A DNA stretch of 63,975 nucleotides, filler included, from an uncultured bacterium (GTDB lineage Bacteria; CAYJOG01): assembly GCA_964371695.1 (NCBI GenBank). It is 13 parts of 13 records of this genome, joined end to end, with 100 filler letters (N's around TTAATTAATTAA, not from the genome) between each part and the next. Parts side by side here need not be neighbours in the genome. Positions count along the whole stretch, not along the records: positions 54,788 to 59,567 come from CAYJOG010000260.1; positions 59,668 to 63,975 come from CAYJOG010000300.1; 11 more parts are not named here. One strand, given 5' to 3'. Of the stretch, positions 55,673 through 63,975 are shown piece after piece; within the stretch, counting starts at the first letter, position 1, and each line of letters opens with the position of its first letter. Position numbers and translations under genes: made by a program. The notes beneath the pieces are model-generated. The model was not told the origin of the DNA. It saw only the letters and a list, made by a program, of their open reading frames with translations, and ran no database searches.

Positions 55673-56010
55673 AATATGGCGCTTCGCGCAGAAAGAATCA
55701 AAACACTTTTCGCAACAGCAGAAATCCAGGAAAAGCAAAAGGTTTTTGGGCCTTTGTTTTTTGCCACAGGCGAGGCGCCCGTGGCTACTACGGAAATTTC
55801 GGACTGGCTTTCAGCCCTGCGGTTCCCACAGGTTGGCCACCACGGCGGGCCTTGCCCGCCTCGTCTGCGAAGGCGCGCATCAGCGCCCTGTTTGACCGCA
55901 ATCACTGCACACCCTTGTATTGTTTCTCAAGTTGGTTTTGAATTTTTAATAAATTATATTTTCTGGGCGTGTTTCTCGAACAGAAGAATTTTGGCTCTCC
56001 TGTTAATCAT

Positions 56011-56337
56011 TTATTCTTCGACCAATGATTTTAGTCGTGCCAGCGCATCATCCCACTGGTTAGATACTTCTTCGAGATACCTTCGAACGTCCTTTATAGG
56101 TTTGGTTTCAAGATAGAACAGGTTTTCACGCCCAGTGCGAACGCTACGCACCACGCCCGCGTCTTGGAGAACTCGAAGGTGTTTTGTCACAGCCTGACGT
56201 GACAAATCGGTGCCGACCGTCAAATGAGAAATGGATTGCGACTCGCCGTTAATGAGTTTACCGAGTACGGCTAGCCGCATTTTGTCGCCAAGCGCAGCGA
56301 ATACCAGTGCGCGGGTTCTAAGCGCCGCTGATCCCAT
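56011..56337 (-). CDS. ArsR/SmtB family repressor
   Basis: VFAALGD..R, SRQAVTKHLRVL..AG.V, GRE, WD.AL.RL; TAATG overlap with upstream gene. Confidence 0.93.
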   Translation of the reverse strand: MGSAALRTRALVFAALGDKMRLAVLGKLINGESQSISHLTVGTDLSRQAVTKHLRVLQDAGVVRSVRTGRENLFYLETKPIKDVRRYLEEVSNQWDDALARLKSLVEE

Positions 56338-56777
56338 TATGGCGCCTCCACCATGTACTTTGCGATGTTTTCTATTTGTATACTCCAACCGCCTTCATTC
56401 CCCCGAAAGGCCTCAAGGCGCCGTGGGCCAGGCAATCTATCGAACCCCGATTCTACAATTCGTAACAACGTCCCGTTCGGCGTCTTTTCCAAAGTGAATT
56501 CGACGAGCGTGTAGCAAGTTTCGTCACCTTCGACGGCATCGGCAGGCCAAGTGTATGAGAAAAATCGTTCAGGCTCCATTTTCTGAACCACGATCTCAAA
56601 CTTTGCATCCTCATGGCCCGCATAGGTACTGTGCCCTCGCACTGTTTGCCCCGGCATAAACGGCCCGTCGAGGCGAGCACGAAACCATGTACAAAACTCT
56701 TGAGAATCCGTCAGTGCACGCCAAACGCGGGAAACGGGTGCTGCAAGCTCAATAGATTTTTCAATTCGATCTGTCAT
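56337..56777 (-). CDS. SRPBCC/AHSA1-like domain protein
   Basis: IEK.I...APV.RVWRALTD..EF..WF, TLVEF.L, ESGFD, N..GW. Confidence 0.93.
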   Translation of the reverse strand: MTDRIEKSIELAAPVSRVWRALTDSQEFCTWFRARLDGPFMPGQTVRGHSTYAGHEDAKFEIVVQKMEPERFFSYTWPADAVEGDETCYTLVEFTLEKTPNGTLLRIVESGFDRLPGPRRLEAFRGNEGGWSIQIENIAKYMVEAP

Positions 56778-56841
56778 AAGCAACCTCCTGGCTGCTTATG
56801 ACGATAGATCACCGTTTCTCACAGCGCAACCAAATGGTTGC
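56776..56841 (-). promoter_or_regulatory. Two palindromic operators, probably for the ArsR repressor
   Basis: ATAAGCAACC-tcct-GGCTGCTTAT (56776-99, covers RBS and start) and GCAACC-aaat-GGTTGC (56826-41). Confidence 0.7.
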
Positions 56842-56936
56842 TGTTTTGGCTCGGCTTGGCCGTCTTTGCGAGTTTTAAGGCTGTTTATTACCGGGGCCAA
56901 GGGCGACGCCCCCGCGACAGGGCAACCAACACCCTG

Positions 56937-57467
56937 CTAAATCGGCTGGCCTTTGAACACCACCGGATAACCCGCCACCATCAGAATGCACCTGTCCGCC
57001 ACTGCCGCCACGTGCTGATGCAGCAGCCCCAGCAGGTCGGCAAACCGGCGGGCCAGTGGGTCCATCGGCACGCCCCCCCAACCCACCTCGTTGCTCACCA
57101 GAATCAGCGGCCGGGGGTGGGGCACCAGATCCATGAGAAAGCCGATGAAGGCCTTTTCGGTTTCTTCAAAGGCGTCTTCGCTGCGCTGGGTCAGCCAGTT
57201 GCTCACCCACAGCGTCAGGCAGTCCACCACGGTGACGGCGGCGCTGGCGTGGTGCAACACGGCGGTTTTCAGGTCAAAGGGTTCCTCCACCGTGATGAAC
57301 CCTTCTCCCCGTTCGTCGCGGTGGCGGGCGATGCGTGCAGCCATGTCGTCATCCAGCGGCTGGCCGGTGGCAATGAAAACCCGGTGGCCCTGATATTGCC
57401 GCGCCAGAGAAAGGGCGTAGGTGCTTTTGCCGCTGCGAACAGGGCCGGTGATAAAAGTGATAGACAA
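56937..57467 (-). CDS. cobU: Adenosylcobinamide kinase/guanylyltransferase
   Basis: G..RSGKS.YA, IAT, RI.RH...R, DCLTLW, VSNEVG.G.VP, R.F.D..G. Confidence 0.96.
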   Translation of the reverse strand: MSITFITGPVRSGKSTYALSLARQYQGHRVFIATGQPLDDDMAARIARHRDERGEGFITVEEPFDLKTAVLHHASAAVTVVDCLTLWVSNWLTQRSEDAFEETEKAFIGFLMDLVPHPRPLILVSNEVGWGGVPMDPLARRFADLLGLLHQHVAAVADRCILMVAGYPVVFKGQPI

Positions 57468-57503
57468 AGGAAGTCCTTTCAGATCCCGCTTTTAAAGTCC
57501 GTA

Positions 57504-58589
57504 TCAGGTCGTCTGGGGTGCGCCGCATTCTTTGCAGAACTTCGCGTCTGCCGGGTTGGCCGCGCCGCACTGGGTGCAAAACTTTGAGCCCGCCGCAGCG
57601 GGGGGCGAGGCGGGTTTGCCGCAGCCGGGGCAAAATTTGGACCCCACCGGTACGGCCACGCCGCAGTGAACACAGGGCGCGCCCGCAGCAGGCGCAGCCC
57701 CCCCGGCGCCCGCCGCACCGCCCTGCATGGACTGGGCAATCATCTGGCCCATGGCCACACCGGCCCCCAGACCCATGCCCATGCCCATGCCGCCTTCGCC
57801 GCCGGGGTTGGCCGCGCCCGCCTCCATGGCCTGACCCGCCTGGAACTGCAAAAACTGGTTCATGTTCTCCTGGCCGATGATGCCCATGCTGGTTTTTTTA
57901 TCCAGCACCTTTTCCACTTCGGGGGGCAGCGAGATTTCTTCCACCACAAACTTGATGAGGCTCAGACCGTGGGTGGTGAACTCCGCCAGCATTTTGTCTT
58001 TGCCTTGGGCCGAGAGTTCGTCATATTGCGTGGCGATGTCCAGCGCAGGAATCTTGGCCTCGGCCAACATGTCGGTGAAACCGCTCACCACCAGGGCGCG
58101 CAACTGGCCGTTGATGTCCTCGGTGGTGAACTCGCCATCGGTGCCCACGATCTCCTTGATGAACATGCCGGGGTCGGCCACCTTGAAGCTGTACATGCCC
58201 CGCGCCCGCAGGCGAATGGGGCCAAACTCGGCGTCGCGCATCATCACCGGATTCACGGTGCCCCATTTCTGGTCGGTGAACTGGCGGGTGCTGATGAAAA
58301 TCACGTCGCTTTTGAAAGGCGACTCAAACCCATAGGCCCAGCCCTGCAACTTGCTCAGGATGGGCAGGGTGCGGGTGATGAGGCGGACCATGCCGGGGCC
58401 GAACACGTCGGCCAGCTTGCCCTCGTTGATGAACACCGCCGCCTGCCCCTCGCGCACGGTGAGCTGCGCGCCATATTTCACAGCGTTCTGGTGCGTGCCG
58501 GGAAACCGCCAAGCCAGCGTGTCGCCTGTGTCGTCCAGCCACTCGATGATGTCTACGGTCTGGCCCCGCAGAAAATCCATGACGCCCAT
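57504..58589 (-). CDS. SPFH/band-7 domain protein (YdjI-like) with C-terminal double zinc ribbon
   Basis: IIEW, GAQLTVREGQ.AVF, SPFK, KWGT..P, ISLP.EV, GMG repeats, CxxCG...KFCxxCG twice; GGAGG RBS. Confidence 0.92.
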   Translation of the reverse strand: MGVMDFLRGQTVDIIEWLDDTGDTLAWRFPGTHQNAVKYGAQLTVREGQAAVFINEGKLADVFGPGMVRLITRTLPILSKLQGWAYGFESPFKSDVIFISTRQFTDQKWGTVNPVMMRDAEFGPIRLRARGMYSFKVADPGMFIKEIVGTDGEFTTEDINGQLRALVVSGFTDMLAEAKIPALDIATQYDELSAQGKDKMLAEFTTHGLSLIKFVVEEISLPPEVEKVLDKKTSMGIIGQENMNQFLQFQAGQAMEAGAANPGGEGGMGMGMGLGAGVAMGQMIAQSMQGGAAGAGGAAPAAGAPCVHCGVAVPVGSKFCPGCGKPASPPAAAGSKFCTQCGAANPADAKFCKECGAPQTT

Positions 58590-58726
58590 GGGAAACCTCC
58601 TGAGGTGAACATTGTAGCGATCCGGCGTGATGAAACCGTGGTGGTGTTTCAAAAAAAGACACCTGCTGGCACCAGACCTGCACAAGGGTGTTGCAGCAGA
58701 CAAAAGTCCTGCCCAGGAGAACCACC

Positions 58727-59278
58727 GTGAACACACCCCTTCTTCAACGCCTTTCCCTCGACACACCCCCCACTGGCGCACCGCTCTGCCGGGAAGATAA
58801 CTTTCTGCCCCGGCTGTTTGCCCAGGCACTGGCGGAAACACTGAAATACGTTTTGGGAGAAGCCCCGACCATGGCGGCTTTTGCGCCCCCCACCTCGCGG
58901 ATGGCCGGTGAAGAAGTGCGGTTTGTCATCCAGATTCCCGACCTGGACGGCGAGGTGGTGGTGGGTCTGGACCTGAACACGGCGCTGGACATCAAATCTC
59001 ACCTGCTCAACCTGGCCCCACGCGAAAACCTGGATGAAGTGGGCCGCGACGTCCTGAGCCAGGTTTTCCGCCACATGGCCGTGCGCGCCCAAGACAAACT
59101 GGCCGAACTGGGGCTGCAAACCGGGTTCGAAATCCAGGACGGACTGGAGGTGCTGCAAGCCAGCCACCTCATGGGCGAGAGCACGGGGCGCGTCACCATC
59201 AAAGCGCCGGGAAGTGGGAAAATCCACATTTACCACCGGTTTCTGCGCACCGCCCTGGTGACACAGGCCTCGGCCTGA
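58727..59278 (+). CDS. CheX-like protein lacking the catalytic ExxN motif
   Basis: Aligns by eye with CheX at 24493 (DL.G..V......A.....L; D.LSQ....MA..A...L...G); AGGAGA RBS before GTG. Confidence 0.6.
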   Translation: MNTPLLQRLSLDTPPTGAPLCREDNFLPRLFAQALAETLKYVLGEAPTMAAFAPPTSRMAGEEVRFVIQIPDLDGEVVVGLDLNTALDIKSHLLNLAPRENLDEVGRDVLSQVFRHMAVRAQDKLAELGLQTGFEIQDGLEVLQASHLMGESTGRVTIKAPGSGKIHIYHRFLRTALVTQASA

Positions 59279-59699
59279 ACGTGAGCCAGCACCATCACCA
59301 AACCCGAAAACAGCCACCACCGGCCTTTTGATGAAATGAAGGTGTTTTGATTTGCGGCGACCAGGATTGAGAAGCACCACGCCGTCTTATTTTCGGCGGT
59401 ATGTATGCTTTTTTTTTCTTCAGGTGGGGACGCTGTCCCCACACCCCTGCCGGGAGGGCAGCGGCCCTCCCGGACCCACCTTGTGTGGCGGTTCCTGACA
59501 GGTTGGGCCACCCCAGGCCGCACTTCGTGCGGCCATGGCTCCACGGGAGCGCCCCAGCCGGAAGACANNNNNNNNNNNNNNNNNNNNNNNNNNNNNNNNN
59601 NNNNNNNNNNNTTAATTAATTAANNNNNNNNNNNNNNNNNNNNNNNNNNNNNNNNNNNNNNNNNNNNGTCATCACCCCAATTCATTGGCCATCAAGCCC

Positions 59700-59852
59700 G
59701 TCATTCCCGCGAAAGCGGGAATCCTGTCAGACATAGGAAAAAACAAGTTCTGGTGGCGCAGGCATCTTGCCTGCGTATTTATAAATGAAGGCAGGCGGGA
59801 CGCCTGCCCCACCAATTTTTTTGACCTGGATTCCCACTTTCGCGGGAATGAC
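59700..59852. repeat. GTC-type repeat doublet enclosing a GGTG-type REP doublet (59752-59813)
   Basis: Inverted GTCATTCCCGCGAAAG units at both ends; inner ggtggcgcaggcatcttgcctgcg...gcaggcgggacgcctgccccacc. Confidence 0.8.
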
Positions 59853-59911
59853 GCCAGCAGTTGGACGTTGACAAACCCCGAAAAAGAGGAAGACGGCCGG
59901 GCAATTTCTGC

Positions 59912-60769
59912 ATGACGCATCAACCCTCAAAATCGTCTACATTCAACACCCTGAATCCCTACCGCAACAAAACTGCTTTCGTCACCGGGGCCGGCTCCGG
60001 CATTGGCTTGGCGCTGTGCGAAGACCTCGCCCGCCGGGGGGCCTTTGTTTTCGCCACCGACATCCACGAAGAATCCGCCCAAAAAACTGTCCTTGAAATC
60101 CAGAGCCGGGGCGGCCAGGGCCAGGCGTTTGCCCTGGATGTGCGTGACGAAAAAGCCTTTGACGCCTGCGTGAAGAAGGCCCACAAAAAACGGGGCCGTC
60201 TGGATTACATGTTCAACAACGCGGGCACCGCCACGGCGGGCGAGGTGAAACACAACACCCCCCAGGACTGGAAGCGGGTGCTGGACGTGAACCTGATGGG
60301 AGTGATTCACGGCATTCACGCCGCCTATCCCTTCATGATTGAGCAGGGCCACGGCCACATCGTGAACACCGGCTCTTTGGGGGGTCTGATTCCCATGCCG
60401 GGGGGTGTGTCTTATGCCGCCAGCAAGTTTGCCGTGGTGGGGCTGTCGCTGGCGCTGAGGGGTGAAGCGCAGAACTATGGCGTGAAGGTGAGTGTGTTGT
60501 GCCCCAGCATCGTAGACACGGCCATTTATGAAACCGCCGAGAAAAGGGGCATGAGCGCCACCGCCCTCAGGGACAACCTGATGGTGGATGTCACGTCGGC
60601 GGCCCAGTGCGCCGATGAAGCCCTGGCGGGCGTGGCGCGCAACGAAGCGCTGATTCTGGTGCCGGGCCACGCCAAGGTGTTTGCCCTGGCCTATCGCCTG
60701 CTGCCAGAGGCGACGCGGTGGTTTGCCAACAAGGTGTTTGAGAAGTCGCGAAACAAGGCCGGAACATAA
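59912..60769 (+). CDS. Short-chain dehydrogenase/reductase
   Basis: TGAGSGIG, NNAG, N..G, S, YAASK. Confidence 0.95.
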   Translation: MTHQPSKSSTFNTLNPYRNKTAFVTGAGSGIGLALCEDLARRGAFVFATDIHEESAQKTVLEIQSRGGQGQAFALDVRDEKAFDACVKKAHKKRGRLDYMFNNAGTATAGEVKHNTPQDWKRVLDVNLMGVIHGIHAAYPFMIEQGHGHIVNTGSLGGLIPMPGGVSYAASKFAVVGLSLALRGEAQNYGVKVSVLCPSIVDTAIYETAEKRGMSATALRDNLMVDVTSAAQCADEALAGVARNEALILVPGHAKVFALAYRLLPEATRWFANKVFEKSRNKAGT

Positions 60770-60895
60770 AATCATATCGGCGTTAATTGGTCTTTTGACT
60801 TATTGATGAAATTAGGCCACAATTCCCTTCTGAAGAAAGTGAGGGGGGATTTGCACCCCCCAGCAGGACCCTTATCGCGGAGTCACCGCCGCAGA

Positions 60896-61387
60896 CTAGC
60901 CCACTTCTCCTTCAGAAAGCGGCTCGGGAAGCGAGTCGCTTTTTGTTTGTATGGGCGTACTTTGGTAAGTTCCTTCACCAGCACGGACCAATAAGCCCTC
61001 TTTGACGAGCGCGCTTACGAATCCACTAATCGACTTCGGTTTTTCACCTATCGCCATTGCGATATCAAGGTAGTGCTTAGGCAGATCTGGGTTTTGTGCT
61101 AAGTAGTCAAGGATTTTTCCTTTAATCCTACCAGTAGGCTTTAGGGAGGCTTTGGCTGTTTGATTTTTAACGGAGTCGGACCCTTCGTCGCTTGGCTCAA
61201 TATGAGTAGACGCTTGCGACGAAAGATCACTCTGCTGCAACCGAGTAGTAGCGGAAGTCCCCCTAATATGCTGATTCAATTCAGCAATCGCACGTTCCCT
61301 TTTTTCGAACGCCGCGTTAGCCTCATCCGTAAACCGCACAACTTCCTTCATGAGTCGGATCGATTTTTCGTCGTTTAACTGCCCCAT
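60896..61387 (-). CDS. Low-GC hypothetical protein: N-terminal coiled coil + C-terminal winged HTH
   Basis: ILDYL..NP......DIA.AIG....SIS..VS.LVKEG.L.R...G.Y; GGAGG RBS. Confidence 0.75.
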   Translation of the reverse strand: MGQLNDEKSIRLMKEVVRFTDEANAAFEKRERAIAELNQHIRGTSATTRLQQSDLSSQASTHIEPSDEGSDSVKNQTAKASLKPTGRIKGKILDYLAQNPDLPKHYLDIAMAIGEKPKSISGFVSALVKEGLLVRAGEGTYQSTPIQTKSDSLPEPLSEGEVG

Positions 61388-61426
61388 CACAATCCCTCCG
61401 AATCGTCTCAACTGTCTGACGAGTCT

Positions 61427-61456
61427 ATTTTAGAACGTCCGAGTGACCGAAGTCAA
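61427..61456 (-). promoter_or_regulatory. Sigma70-type promoter of the orphan HTH gene
   Basis: Minus strand TTGACT-N18-TAAAAT. Confidence 0.6.
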
Positions 61457-61838
61457 GCTCTCGGAGAGAAAATTAGATTGGCGCAAATTGGTGCGGTAGC
61501 CACAGTCGTCTTGCTTGTGAGGAAGAGGGGGAACCCGGCGTCATTCCCGCGAAAGCGGGAATCCAGTCAAGCAAAAAGCACCACCTTTTCCCCTCTCCCG
61601 TGCTTTGCATGGGAGAGGGTGGTTGCTGGCCATTCTTTTTCGGCCAGCAACCGGGTGAGGGCGCTGTAAAAAAACACCGAATAAGGTTTTTGCTTTTTTA
61701 CTCATGCCCTCATCCGGCCTACGGCCACCTTCTCCCATCCTTCGGACGGGAGAAGGAACGGTGGTTTATTGCTTTACATTGAACCCCTCACCCCAACCCT
61801 CTCCCCTTTACGGGAGAGGGGGTAGCGCCAACCCCCGG

Positions 61839-63041
61839 CTACACCAAAAACCGCTCGGCCAACAGCACCGACAGTTCGCGCCCCACCACGTTTTTGTGGG
61901 CCGGGCCGACAAACACCTCGGCGGGCATGCCTTTGTCAAAAAACACCGTCAGGCGGGTTTCCACGTCGCCGAATCCCCGCTGGTCGCCCACCGGGTTGCA
62001 GCAGATGGCCGCCAGCTTTTTGCGCTTGAGTTTGTCGTGGGCGCTCTGGCGGTGGCTGTGGGTTTCGGCGGCGAAACCCACGCGGATCAAATCTTTCGGC
62101 CCGTCCTCGGCCAGCAGCGTGAGCAGGTCCGCCTCTGGCTCCAGGTGCAGGGCAAACGCCTCTTTGCCGCGCTTGACCTTTTTGCTGCTCGGTTCGGCGA
62201 TTTTGAAGTCGCTGATGGCCGCTGTCTGCACCAGCAACTGCGCGCCCTGGGTGTGGGTGAGCAGGGCGTCTTTCATGGTGCTCACCGTGGGGCAATTTTG
62301 CACAGTCATGTCGCGGGGCCACACCAGTCGCGGATCGGTCAGGCCCTTGAGAACCACCACCTCGGCCCCCAACGCCCACAGACCCACCGCCACCGCGTGG
62401 CCCATGCGCCCCGTGCTGGCGTTGGTGATGTAGCGCACCGGGTCTATGGCCGCCATGGTGCCGCCCGCGCTCACCACCACTTTTTTGCCCGCGAACCTTT
62501 GCTGGCGATAAAGCAGGCGGTCGGCGGCCAAAAGCAGGTCGTCCACCGGCGGCAGACGCCCCTGGCCCTCTTCGCCACAGGCCAGTGAGCCTTCGTCGGG
62601 CGGAAGCACCATGGCCCCCTGCTCTTCAATCAGCCGCAGATTGCGCTGGGTGGCCGAGCTGTTCCACATGCGGTGATTCATGGCGGGGCACACCAGCTTG
62701 GGGCCGCCAAAAGTGAGCCAGGTGGCGCTGAGCACTTCGTCGGCAAAGCCCCCCGCCAGCCGGGCCAGGGTGTTGGCCGTGGCGGGGGCCACAATCAGTG
62801 CGTCGGCCTGCTGGCTCAGGTGGATGTGCTGATAATCGCCGTGGCTGCCCAGCAGGCTGGTGTGTACGGTGTCCGCGAGCGCCCCCACCAGCAGGGGCGA
62901 CACAAACTGCTGGGCCGCCGGTGTCATCAGCGCGCTCACTTTCGCGCCCCGCTCCTTCAGGCGGCGGATCAGGTCCAGGGATTTGTACACGCTCACGCCG
63001 CCGCTTAACCCGATTAAAATAAATCTGTTCTTAAAAATCAT
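61839..63041 (-). CDS. coaBC: Phosphopantothenoylcysteine decarboxylase/synthetase
   Basis: G.SGG...YK, HI.L, APATAN.LA, PAMN..MW, G.LACG..G.GR, IDPVRYITN.STG.MG, AA.SDF, GFAAET. Confidence 0.96.
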   Translation of the reverse strand: MIFKNRFILIGLSGGVSVYKSLDLIRRLKERGAKVSALMTPAAQQFVSPLLVGALADTVHTSLLGSHGDYQHIHLSQQADALIVAPATANTLARLAGGFADEVLSATWLTFGGPKLVCPAMNHRMWNSSATQRNLRLIEEQGAMVLPPDEGSLACGEEGQGRLPPVDDLLLAADRLLYRQQRFAGKKVVVSAGGTMAAIDPVRYITNASTGRMGHAVAVGLWALGAEVVVLKGLTDPRLVWPRDMTVQNCPTVSTMKDALLTHTQGAQLLVQTAAISDFKIAEPSSKKVKRGKEAFALHLEPEADLLTLLAEDGPKDLIRVGFAAETHSHRQSAHDKLKRKKLAAICCNPVGDQRGFGDVETRLTVFFDKGMPAEVFVGPAHKNVVGRELSVLLAERFLV

Positions 63042-63062
63042 GTCCCAACATCCTAAACCGTT

Positions 63063-63764
63063 ATGGTGGAAAACGCTTCCGTGAGTCCTGGTCCGGCCCA
63101 GTTGCGCATTCTGGTGATTGATGATGAAGCCCCGATGAGGGAGCTTTTGGCCTATCACCTGCGCGAGGCGGGCCACAAGGTGGCGCTGGCCAAAGACGGC
63201 GAAGAGGGCCTGGCCCAGGCCCTGAAACTGCAACCCGACCTGATTTTGCTGGACCTGATGATGCCGGGCCTGGACGGCCTGACGGTGCTCAAGCGCCTGC
63301 GCCGCGAAAGCCCCGTGCCGGTGATTGTGCTCACGGCCCTGGGGGACACGCCCGACAAGGTGAAGGGGCTGGACCTGGGCGCGGACGATTATCTGGCCAA
63401 ACCTTTTGAAACCCAGGAGCTTTTGGCCCGCGTGGGGGCGGTGGCCCGGCGCGCCACCCCCAAAGGCCGCATGGTGGACGACACCCTGGTGGTGGACACC
63501 GATCAGCGCCGTGTGCTGGTAGACGGCAAAGAGGTGCACCTGACCCACAAAGAGCTGGAACTGCTGGTGTTTCTCATGCGCCACCGGGGCACGGCCCACA
63601 GCCGTCAGCAACTGCTGCGCTCGGTGTGGCCCGACGACCTGGACGTGACCGACCGCGTGGTGGATGTGCATGTGCGCCACATCCGCGAAAAAATCGAGGA
63701 AAACCCCAGCGAGCCACAGCGCCTGCAAACCGTGCGGGGCATGGGTTACCGATACAAGCCGTAA
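63063..63764 (+). CDS. OmpR/PhoB family response regulator
   Basis: REC (IDDE, LDLMMP, KPF) + wHTH (LT.KE.ELL, VDVH...IR.KIE, TVRG.GY). Confidence 0.96.
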   Translation: MVENASVSPGPAQLRILVIDDEAPMRELLAYHLREAGHKVALAKDGEEGLAQALKLQPDLILLDLMMPGLDGLTVLKRLRRESPVPVIVLTALGDTPDKVKGLDLGADDYLAKPFETQELLARVGAVARRATPKGRMVDDTLVVDTDQRRVLVDGKEVHLTHKELELLVFLMRHRGTAHSRQQLLRSVWPDDLDVTDRVVDVHVRHIREKIEENPSEPQRLQTVRGMGYRYKP

Positions 63765-63830
63765 ATTCGGAGGCGGGAGAAGAACAGGCTTCAGGCCGGA
63801 GGCTGAAGGGCCGTTGGTGTTTTTGTTTTT

Positions 63831-63889
63831 GGTAGCACAGGCATCCTGCCTGTGTCTATGGTTGAAACAGGCTGGAAGCCTGTTCTACC
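63831..63889. repeat. GTAG-type REP doublet
   Basis: GGTAGcacaggcatcctgcctgtg...aacaggctggaagcctgttCTACC. Confidence 0.8.
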
Positions 63890-63975
63890 AGTTCCCTTGG
63901 TGGCACGAGTCGCTATGGGCGTCCCGCCTGGGTTATCCTGAGCCATGCCCTGGTGGTGGCTGATGATGGCGGTGC

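Noticed and set aside
55566..55930. Cobalamin riboswitch upstream of cobT (also checked upstream of nrdJ and cobU)
   Set aside because: No B12-box or GGGAA/GCCACTG core seen; the hairpins belong to dispersed repeat families
57504..58589. SPFH protein as viral 'virion core' gene or functionally tied to cobU
   Set aside because: Widespread bacterial YdjI-like membrane-scaffold family; no phage genes, and co-orientation alone is weak evidence
4981..59667. Regularly spaced TTAATTAATTAA motifs in N runs (~5 kb period)
   Set aside because: Artificial contig linkers; the periodicity reflects length-sorted contigs, not biology
1..63975. CRISPR array
   Set aside because: Repeats are dispersed palindromes, not tandem direct repeats with unique spacers; no cas genes

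Overview
This window is not one locus. It is 13 unrelated ~4.8-5.0 kb contigs of a fragmented, GC-rich bacterial draft genome or MAG. They are joined by 100-nt artificial spacers (N44-TTAATTAATTAA-N44) and sorted by decreasing length, so gene neighbourhood is meaningful only within a contig. Most of the content is housekeeping, metabolic or signalling: YgfZ-TPR plus an A-type Fe-S carrier, an Ntn acylase, a GT-C glycosyltransferase, two tandem B12 radical SAM enzymes, a chemosensory cluster (MCP-CheA-CheB-triple REC), GGDEF-EAL, hypFCD and hypE, tRNA-Trp, two-domain ThyX, NrdJ, DnaA, GlpD, HemW, AhbC, CobU/CobT and CoaBC. Intergenic DNA is saturated with several families of palindromic REP/MITE-like repeats, some nested inside each other. 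No CRISPR array, transposase or prophage was found. The best leads are: (1) a HEPN gene paired with a BolA-like rather than MNT partner, a candidate unusual toxin-antitoxin module; (2) a 183-bp multi-hairpin MITE with compensatory base changes, seen as both filled and empty site, one copy of which appears to donate a gene start; (3) a YgfZ-TPR fusion divergent from iscA; (4) a low-GC orphan HTH gene with a T-loop-containing 3' RNA structure; (5) a DnaA with an altered recognition helix, a split-motif ThyX and a catalytically dead CheX-like protein. All assignments are from motif recognition by eye; no database searches were run.
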